From Chthoniobacteraceae bacterium (GTDB taxonomy: Bacteria; Verrucomicrobiota; Verrucomicrobiia; Chthoniobacterales; Chthoniobacteraceae): DNA of 44,537 bases. The stretch lies in the NCBI GenBank assembly GCA_031409335.1, contig JANNWY010000041.1, forward strand, positions 1 to 44,537, written 5' to 3'. Each line of letters begins with the position of its first letter. The first letter of the stretch is position 1. Positions 37,614 to 44,537 of this stretch are shown here, one piece after another. A model generated the notes under the pieces. That model was not told where the DNA came from. It was given only the letters and a program-made list of their open reading frames with translations, and ran no database searches. The position numbers and the translations under genes were made by a program.

Positions 37614-39140
37614 ATGAAATGCCTCAAGAATCTCCCGGCGCTCATCCTCGCGGCATCGCTCGCGTGGACGACACTGGGGACTGCACTCCACGCCCAAGAC
37701 GCCGCGCCACCCGCGGCAGCCCCAGCAGCCGTTGTCGAAGCCGCGCCAGCGGATGCGACCGTCGAACAACGTGTCGCCGACCTCGAACAGTATTTCCAAA
37801 ATCTCGGCGTCGGTGCCGCGGGTGATGTGAAATGGAACTCGAAAATCGCCAACGTCCCCGGCCCTGGCCACAACGGCTGGATGATGACTTGCGCGGCGCT
37901 CGTGCTGTTCATGACGCTGCCCGGCCTCGCGCTTTTCTACGGCGGTCTTGTCCGTAAAAAGAACGTCCTCAGCGTGCTCGCACAATGCCTCGGCTGCGCG
38001 GGCATGGTTACGATTCTGTGGTGGGCGTTTGGCTATAGCCTGGTGTTTGGAAAAAGTTTCGGCAGTCCCTATCTCGGTGGCTCCGAGTTCTTCTTCATGA
38101 AGGACGTCACCAGCGCGCCGAACACCGACTACTGCTACTGGGTCTCGCAGAATGTCTTTTCGATGTATCAGCTCATGTTCGCGATCATCACTCCCGCGCT
38201 CATCGTCGGAGCGGTCGCCGAGCGCATGAAATACAGCGCAGTCCTGCTCTTCATCGCGATCTGGATGTTCGTGGTCTATTTCCCGATGGCGCACATGGTC
38301 TGGGGCGTCACCGGTCTCATGAACGGCGTCTGGAACGGCGACGCAAAAATCCAGGCGATCGACTTCGCCGGCGGCACCGTGGTCCACATGACCTCGGGCT
38401 GGAGCGCGCTCATCCTCTGCATCATCCTCGGCAAGCGGCTCGGATTTGGAAAAGAGAAGATGGCACCGCACTCGATGGTGCTTTGCATGGTCGGCACCGG
38501 GATGCTGTGGGTCGGCTGGTATGGCTTTAACGCCGGGTCCGCGCTCGCTGCCGACGGCGTTTCCGCGAATGCCTTCATGTCCACCACGCTCGCCGCCGCC
38601 GCCGCCGGCTTCTTCTGGGCGCTCATCGAGTGGTTCCACAAAGGCCACCCCTCAATCCTGGGCTTCTGCTCCGGCATCGTTGCGGGTCTCGTCGTCATCA
38701 CGCCCGCGTGCGGATTTGTGGATGCCACTGGCGCGATGATTGTAGGCCTGCTCGCCGCAGTCGTTCCCTACATCTTCGTCGTCTTCGTAAAATCGAAACT
38801 CGGCTACGACGACGCGCTCGACACGTTCGGCATTCACGCCGTCGGCGGAACGCTCGGCGCAATCCTGACTGGCATCCTTGCCACGAACAAAGTGAACGGC
38901 AACCTGACCGACGCGAACGGCTACGCCAAAACCAACGGCCTCTACAAACTGGTGGCCGAAGGTGGCCTGCTTGGCGAGCAGTTCAAGGCTGTCGCCATCA
39001 CTCTCGTGCTGTCGATCGTCGGAACGATCGTCATCGCAATCGTCGTGAAGGTGCTCGTCGCTGGCCTGCGCCCGACTCCCGAAGCGGAAAGCCAGGGTCT
39101 CGACATCACCGACCACAGCGAGGAGGGCTACATCCTCTAA
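37614..39140 (+). CDS. amtB: Ammonium transporter
   Basis: LVLFMTLPGLALFYGGLVR, FAIITPALIVGAVAER, DFAGGTVVH, LWVGWYGFNAGS and YDDALDTFGIHAVGG. Confidence 0.97.
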   Translation: MKCLKNLPALILAASLAWTTLGTALHAQDAAPPAAAPAAVVEAAPADATVEQRVADLEQYFQNLGVGAAGDVKWNSKIANVPGPGHNGWMMTCAALVLFMTLPGLALFYGGLVRKKNVLSVLAQCLGCAGMVTILWWAFGYSLVFGKSFGSPYLGGSEFFFMKDVTSAPNTDYCYWVSQNVFSMYQLMFAIITPALIVGAVAERMKYSAVLLFIAIWMFVVYFPMAHMVWGVTGLMNGVWNGDAKIQAIDFAGGTVVHMTSGWSALILCIILGKRLGFGKEKMAPHSMVLCMVGTGMLWVGWYGFNAGSALAADGVSANAFMSTTLAAAAAGFFWALIEWFHKGHPSILGFCSGIVAGLVVITPACGFVDATGAMIVGLLAAVVPYIFVVFVKSKLGYDDALDTFGIHAVGGTLGAILTGILATNKVNGNLTDANGYAKTNGLYKLVAEGGLLGEQFKAVAITLVLSIVGTIVIAIVVKVLVAGLRPTPEAESQGLDITDHSEEGYIL

Positions 39141-39497
<357 letters not shown>

Positions 39498-39515
39498 CCA
39501 CGTAAAACGTTAGGG

Positions 39516-39562
39516 AAAAAGGGAACGACCGGCGCCTTGGAAACGGGGCGCCGGTTCTTTTT
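39516..39562. terminator. Probable bidirectional rho-independent terminator between glnK and hemB
   Basis: AAAAA...ACCGGCGCCT-loop-GGGCGCCGGT-TCTTTTT between convergent genes. Confidence 0.75.
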
Positions 39563-40543
39563 CTAGCGAATCCACTCGACCAACTGCCGCGCCCAATACG
39601 TCAGGATCAGATCCGCGCCCGCGCGTTTGAAGGCAGTCATCGTTTCCAAAACCGTCGCGCGTTCATCCAGCCAGCCATTCGCAGCGGCGGCCTTCACCAT
39701 CGCGTACTCGCCGCTCACGTTATAGACCGCCGTCGGCAGGCCAAAGCGCTCCTTCACCCGCCACACGATGTCGAGATACGGCAGGCCCGGTTTCACCATC
39801 ACGATGTCCGCGCCTTCCTCGACATCGAGCGCCACTTCGCGCAGTGCCTCCTGCGCATTGGCGGAATCCATCTGGTAACTCCGCCGGTCGCCCGCCGCCG
39901 GAGCGCTCTCCGCCGCATCGCGAAACGGGCCGTAAAAGGCGGACGCGAATTTCGCGGCGTAACTCATGATCACGGTGTCGGTGAAACCCGCCGCGTCCAG
40001 GCCCGCGCGGATCGCCCCTACGCGGCCATCCATCATGTCGCTCGGCGCGACCACATCCGCTCCCGCGCGCGCGTGCGACACCGCGGATTTCACGAGCAAA
40101 TCCACCGACGCATCGTTGTCCACGCGCACCTCATTGCCCTCAAAATGCGCGATGCCGCAATGCCCGTGGCTCATGAATTCGCACAGGCACACATCCGTCA
40201 TCACGATCAGCCCCGGCGCGTCGCGCTTCAGCGCCCGCACCGCGCGTTGCACGATCCCATCCTCCGCATACGCCTGCGAGGCGGCCTCATCTTTCACCGC
40301 AGGAATCCCAAACAGCAGCACGCTCGCGACACCCGCCGCGTGCGCCTCTTTCGCGTCGGAAACGAGTTCGTCGAGCGTGAGCTGAAACACCCCCGGCATC
40401 GACGCGACCGCGACGCGCGACGCGATCTTTTCCGAAACGAAAAGCGGCAGGATGAAATCGTGAGCGTGCAGAGAAGTCTCGCGCACGAGCGAGCGCAGCG
40501 CGGGCGAGGAGCGAAGACGGCGCGGGCGGCGGGGCAAATTCAT
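39563..40543 (-). CDS. hemB: Porphobilinogen synthase (ALA dehydratase)
   Basis: RPRRLR, DVCLCEFMSHGHCG, APSDMMDGR, AFYGPFRDA, MVKPG and YNVSGEYAM. Confidence 0.97.
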   Translation of the reverse strand: MNLPRRPRRLRSSPALRSLVRETSLHAHDFILPLFVSEKIASRVAVASMPGVFQLTLDELVSDAKEAHAAGVASVLLFGIPAVKDEAASQAYAEDGIVQRAVRALKRDAPGLIVMTDVCLCEFMSHGHCGIAHFEGNEVRVDNDASVDLLVKSAVSHARAGADVVAPSDMMDGRVGAIRAGLDAAGFTDTVIMSYAAKFASAFYGPFRDAAESAPAAGDRRSYQMDSANAQEALREVALDVEEGADIVMVKPGLPYLDIVWRVKERFGLPTAVYNVSGEYAMVKAAAANGWLDERATVLETMTAFKRAGADLILTYWARQLVEWIR

Positions 40544-40567
40544 GGGCGGCGACGATACACCGGAACG

Positions 40568-41911
40568 TTATTCCGGCGACTTCGCTTTTTCCGCCTGCTC
40601 GAAAAGCGCGCGCCAGTATTCCAGCCGTTCCCTCACACGCTTCTCCTGGCCTTGCTCGCCGGGCTCGTAGTAGCGGCGGCCTTCGGGCAGGTAGGCCTGC
40701 GGGACATACGCGCCTTCGTAGTCATGACTGTATTGATAACCTTCGTGGCCGAAGGCCTTCTTCGCGCGCTTGCTGCCGCCATCGCGCAAGTGCCGCGGCA
40801 CCGCCAGCGTCACCCCTTCCTTTACTTCCTTTTGCGCGGCACTGAGGGCGGTGTAGGCGCGGTTGGATTTTGGCGCGGTCGCCAGATAGACGGTCGCGTG
40901 CGCGAGCGGGATTTGTGCTTCGGGCAGGCCAACAAATTCCACCGCCTGCTGCGCGGCGACAGCGACGACGATGCCCTGCGAGTCCGCCATGCCGATGTCT
41001 TCGCTCGCGGAAATCACGAGCCGCCGCGCGATGAAGCGGATGTCTTCCCCGGCGTAAAGCATCTTCGCCAGCCAGTAGAGCGCCGCATCGGGATCGGACC
41101 CGCGGATGCTTTTGATAAACGCGGAGATCGTGTCGTAGTGCTGATCGCCATCGCCATCATACACGACCGCTTTTTTCTGAATGCTCTCCTCCGCAATCGC
41201 GCGGTCGATGCGGATCGCGCCCTCTGCGTCGGCTGGCGTGGTGACGATCGCGATTTCCAGCGCATTCAGGCAGCGGCGCGCGTCGCCGTCGGCGGTCGTG
41301 GCGAGATGCGCGATGGCATCGACATGCATCACGATTTTCTGTTTTCCAAAACCGCGCTCGTCATCCGCCAGCGCGCGTTTTTGCAATGCGACGAGGTCGT
41401 CCACGGCGAGCGGTTCGAGTTGGAAAACTTGCGAGCGCGAGACGAGCGGGCTGTTGATGTAGAAGAAAGGATTGTGCGTCGTCGCCCCGATCAGCCGCAC
41501 CGTGCCGCGCTCGACATCGGGCAGCAGCACGTCCTGCTGCGCTTTGTTCCAGCGATGGATTTCGTCGATGAAAAGAATCGTCTTCCCGCCTTTGTTCGCG
41601 AGCCGGTTCGCCGCCGCTGCGATCACGCGGCGCAAATCCGCGACGTTGCTTTCCACGCCGCTCAGCCGCTCGAAACGCGACTGCGTGGCGCTCGCGATGA
41701 TCTCGGCAAGCGTAGTCTTTCCCGTGCCCGGTGGCCCGAAGAGGATGATCGAGGAAATGCGGTCCGCCTCGATCGCGCGGCGCAGCAATTTTCCCGGCCC
41801 GAGGATGTGCTGCTGGCCGGCGTATTCCGCGAGCGTGCGCGGGCGCATCCGCTGCGCGAGCGGGGCGGACGTTTCCGGGGCAGGCGAGGTGGAGGCGAAA
41901 AGATCGGACAC
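40568..41911 (-). CDS. rarA: Replication-associated recombination protein A (MgsA)
   Basis: PLAQRMRP, GPPGTGKTT, FIDEIHRWNKAQQD, HYDTISAFIKSIRGSDPDAA and ASEDIGMAD. Confidence 0.96.
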   Translation of the reverse strand: MSDLFASTSPAPETSAPLAQRMRPRTLAEYAGQQHILGPGKLLRRAIEADRISSIILFGPPGTGKTTLAEIIASATQSRFERLSGVESNVADLRRVIAAAANRLANKGGKTILFIDEIHRWNKAQQDVLLPDVERGTVRLIGATTHNPFFYINSPLVSRSQVFQLEPLAVDDLVALQKRALADDERGFGKQKIVMHVDAIAHLATTADGDARRCLNALEIAIVTTPADAEGAIRIDRAIAEESIQKKAVVYDGDGDQHYDTISAFIKSIRGSDPDAALYWLAKMLYAGEDIRFIARRLVISASEDIGMADSQGIVVAVAAQQAVEFVGLPEAQIPLAHATVYLATAPKSNRAYTALSAAQKEVKEGVTLAVPRHLRDGGSKRAKKAFGHEGYQYSHDYEGAYVPQAYLPEGRRYYEPGEQGQEKRVRERLEYWRALFEQAEKAKSPE

Positions 41912-42003
41912 GGCGGTAGCGTAGCGCGCGGGCGGACAATTGACGACTGGCGTTTGACAAGGAATGACGCGACGCGACGCGCCAAAGCCGTTATCGTCGC
42001 AGC

Positions 42004-42444
42004 ATGAAAACGATTCTCGTCCCCGTCGATTTTTCAGACACCACTCCGGCTCTCATCGAGACGGTCAAAAAATTCGCCAGCACCTTTGGCAGCCGCGTCG
42101 TGCTGCTCTTCGTCTCCGAGCCCGAGCCGGATTTCGTCGGCTTCGAGCCCGGGCCGATGGCCGTGCGGCAAACCATCGCGCGCGATCTGAAAGCGGAGCA
42201 TCAAAAGGTGGAAAACCTGAAAGCATCGTGCGGCCTGCCGGATGTGCTCGCGCTGCACATTCAGGGGCCGGCGATTGAGAAAATCCTGAGCGTCGCCGCG
42301 GAGCAGAATGCCGACTTGATCGCGATGGGTTCGCACGGCCACGGCGCGCTTTACGAACTGCTCGTCGGCAGCGTCACCGCCGGAGTTTTGAAAGCCGCGA
42401 AGTGTCCCGTGCTCGTCGTGCCGGTGGCGAGGACGGCGGCTTAG
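42004..42444 (+). CDS. Universal stress protein
   Basis: MKTILVPVDFS...ADLIAMGSHG...LVGSV...CPVLVV. Confidence 0.93.
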   Translation: MKTILVPVDFSDTTPALIETVKKFASTFGSRVVLLFVSEPEPDFVGFEPGPMAVRQTIARDLKAEHQKVENLKASCGLPDVLALHIQGPAIEKILSVAAEQNADLIAMGSHGHGALYELLVGSVTAGVLKAAKCPVLVVPVARTAA

Positions 42445-42607
42445 AGAGACTTTGAAAAAAAGTGGATTCGGCTCCGAATCTTCCTCTTGCTCCTGCTCCT
42501 GCTCTTGATCTCGATCTTCAGTCCCGCATCGGAAGCCTTTGGAACAAGATCAAGATCAAGATCAAGATCAGGATCAGGAGCAGGAGCAGGTGATCGACAG
42601 ACTGCTA
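42442..42607. repeat. Second, degenerate copy of the hexamer-repeat palindromic element, between convergent genes
   Basis: CTCTTGCTCCTGCTCCTGCTCTTGATCTCGATCTT pairs with AAGATCAAGATC...CAGGAGCAGGAGCAGG. The right end GACAGACTGCTA resembles the TIR at 4473. Confidence 0.65.
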
Positions 42608-43045
42608 AATCTCAAACGCCAGCGTATCCGCCCCAGGCGCGAGGCGCAGCATGTCGCCGATTGTCTGGTTTTCCAAAGCAGCGGCGAGGTCGGCCCGGAC
42701 GCGCGTCATCAGCAGCCGCACCGGGCAGGTGCGCGGGTCGGGGCACGTGCATTTTTCCGTGGGACGCTCGGCAGCGCAGGGCACCGGCGCGAGCGGGCCG
42801 TCGAAGGTGCGGATGATTTCGGCGACGGTGATCTCATCCGGCGCGCGGAGCAGCGTGTAGCCGCCACCGACGCCGCGCTTGCTCGCGAGCATCCCGGCGT
42901 GGCGCAGCGCGAGGAGGATTTGCTCCAGGAATTTCACGGGGATGTTTTCCCGCCCGCTCAATTCATGGATGCCCCACCAGCGCCGCTCCCGCGCGAGTGA
43001 AACCAAGGCGCGCAGGGCGTACTCGGACTTTCTCGAAATCCGCAT
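42605..43045 (-). CDS. Rrf2-family transcriptional regulator
   Basis: SEYALRAL...IPVKFLEQILLAL...SKRGVGGGY...ITVAEIIR; Cys cluster PC...CTC...C. Confidence 0.92.
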   Translation of the reverse strand: MRISRKSEYALRALVSLARERRWWGIHELSGRENIPVKFLEQILLALRHAGMLASKRGVGGGYTLLRAPDEITVAEIIRTFDGPLAPVPCAAERPTEKCTCPDPRTCPVRLLMTRVRADLAAALENQTIGDMLRLAPGADTLAFEI

Positions 43046-43049
43046 CCCG

Positions 43050-43211
43050 TCAGCGTCCGCCGACGCGGCCTCCCGCGGATTCCGGATTCGTATAACGGAT
43101 CGTCGGGCTTTCACCCTCGACGATGCGCGACGAGGATTTCGGACGAAACATGGAGCATCCGGGAAGAGCCACGATGGAGACGAGGAGGATCAGGCGAAGG
43201 GCGAAGGACAT
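43050..43211 (-). CDS. 53-aa small lipoprotein (not in ORF track)
   Basis: Translates as MSFALRLILLVSIVALPGCSMFRPKSSSRIVEGESPTIRYTNPESAGGRVGGR*, with lipobox LPG-C. It ends 4 bp before the Rrf2 start. Confidence 0.7.
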   Translation of the reverse strand: MSFALRLILLVSIVALPGCSMFRPKSSSRIVEGESPTIRYTNPESAGGRVGGR

Positions 43212-43303
43212 GGATGGATCGTAGCGAGCCGGGGGCGGGAATGACAGCGGGAAGAAAATATCGGAGCGCTGACATCTCTCCGACAGTCGTATAAATCCCC
43301 GTC

Positions 43304-44488
43304 ATGAAATATCGCCGCTTTGGTCGCACCGAAATCCAGATGCCCGTCTTTTCCTGCGGCGGCATGCGTTACCAGCACAAGTGGGACGACATCAAACCAG
43401 AGGACGTGCCGGAGGACGGGCAGCGGAATCTGGAGGCGACGATTCTTCGCTCGCTCGAACTCGGCATCAATCACATCGAAACCGCGCGCGGCTATGGTTC
43501 GAGCGAGATGCAGCTTGGCTGGATTTTGCCGCGGCTGCCGCGCGAGAAAATGATCGTGCAGACGAAGGTCGCGCCGTTCGCGAATGCGGCGGAATTCACT
43601 GCCACATTTGAAACGTCGATGCGCTACCTGAAGCTCGACCACGTCGATCTGCTCACGCTCCACGGCATCAACGACGCCGAGCTGCTCGACTGGTCGCTGC
43701 GCAAAGGCGGCTGCCTCGACGCCGCGCGAAAACTCCAGCGCGAAGGCCGCTGCAAACAAATCGGCTTCACCACCCACGCCACGACGGACATCATCCGGCG
43801 CGCGATCGACACTGGCGAATTCGACTACCTGAATCTGCATTGGTATTTCGTGAACGACTTCAACTGGCCCGCGGTCGAGGCCGCCGCCGCGCGGGACATG
43901 GGCGTCTTCATCATCAGCCCGAACGACAAGGGCGGAATGCTCTACGCGCCGCCGGCGAAAATGAGCGAGCTGTGCGCGCCGCTCACGCCGATGGCGTTCA
44001 ACGATCTCTACTGCCTCGCGCGTCCGCAGGTCCACACGCTCAGCATCGGCGCGGCGCGGCCCGCGGATTTCGACGCGCACATCGCGGCGCTGGAGCACTA
44101 CGATCGCGCCGGGGAAATCATCGCGCCGATCGAGCAGCGGCTGCGCGCGGAAATCGAGCGCGTGCATGGCGCGGAGTGGACCCGCGCGTGGGATCGCGGG
44201 CTGCCGAATTACACCGAAATCCCCGGCGGTGTGAACGTGCAGGAAATCCTGCGGCTCTGGCATTTCGCCAAAGCGCTCGACCTCACCGACTGGGCGAGGA
44301 TGCGCTACAATTTGATGGGCAACGCGGGCCATTGGTTCCCCGGAAAAAACGCGGCGAGCTTCGACCCCAAAGCGATCCGCGCCGCGCTCGGCGACCACCC
44401 GTTCGCCGATCGGATCCCCGCGATCCTCAGCGAAGCGCACGCGATGCTGCACGGTGAACAGCAGAAGCGGCTGAGCGAGAGCGATTGA
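43304..44488 (+). CDS. Aldo/keto reductase
   Basis: MKYRRFGRT...FSCGGMR, GINHIETARGYGSSE, QTKV, DHVDLLTLHG and IGFTTH. Confidence 0.92.
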   Translation: MKYRRFGRTEIQMPVFSCGGMRYQHKWDDIKPEDVPEDGQRNLEATILRSLELGINHIETARGYGSSEMQLGWILPRLPREKMIVQTKVAPFANAAEFTATFETSMRYLKLDHVDLLTLHGINDAELLDWSLRKGGCLDAARKLQREGRCKQIGFTTHATTDIIRRAIDTGEFDYLNLHWYFVNDFNWPAVEAAAARDMGVFIISPNDKGGMLYAPPAKMSELCAPLTPMAFNDLYCLARPQVHTLSIGAARPADFDAHIAALEHYDRAGEIIAPIEQRLRAEIERVHGAEWTRAWDRGLPNYTEIPGGVNVQEILRLWHFAKALDLTDWARMRYNLMGNAGHWFPGKNAASFDPKAIRAALGDHPFADRIPAILSEAHAMLHGEQQKRLSESD

Positions 44489-44492
44489 GCAA

Positions 44493-44516
44493 GGAGCGGC
44501 GATTTCCGAATCGCCG
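44493..44516 (+). repeat. GGAG-led REP-like hairpin
   Basis: GGAG-CGGCGATT-TCCG-AATCGCCG, 4 bp after the reductase stop. Confidence 0.5.
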
Positions 44517-44537
44517 AACCAACCGCGTGCGAGCGTG

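Noticed and set aside
42487..42816. ORFs with poly-L, RSRSRS or DQDQEQ tracts
   Set aside because: These are translations of the hexamer-repeat palindrome, not real proteins.

Overview
GC-rich bacterial chromosome segment. The PEP-CTERM protein, the LamG/LTD/CotH giant protein, the sulfatases and DUF4912 suggest Verrucomicrobiota, possibly Chthoniobacterales; this is inferred from gene content only. Left part (1-16 kb): exported hydrolases (NlpC/P60, peptidase C26, M1 aminopeptidase, two sulfatases, a serine hydrolase), a decayed N-formylglutamate amidohydrolase-like gene, a ~1500-aa LamG/LTD/CotH protein and a DUF4062-TM-TPR gene. Middle: an ABC-F ATPase, a DnaJ-domain gene and tRNA-Leu(TAA), followed directly by a five-gene MoxR-vWA-beta-propeller (bpX) ternary conflict-system operon (18.7-26.7 kb). 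Right: an exported propeller protein, a coiled-coil/Hpt-like/REC regulator, DUF1802, hisF, DUF4912, a PEP-CTERM NHL protein, xerC, a four-helix-bundle gene bracketed by inverted 9-mer palindromic arrays, a sigma54 site upstream of amtB-glnK, hemB, rarA, a Usp gene, an Rrf2 gene and an aldo/keto reductase. Several small palindromic repeat families occur, including one lying in frame inside a sulfatase N-terminus. Two small lipoprotein genes are missing from the ORF track. All family assignments come from visual motif recognition, not database searches.
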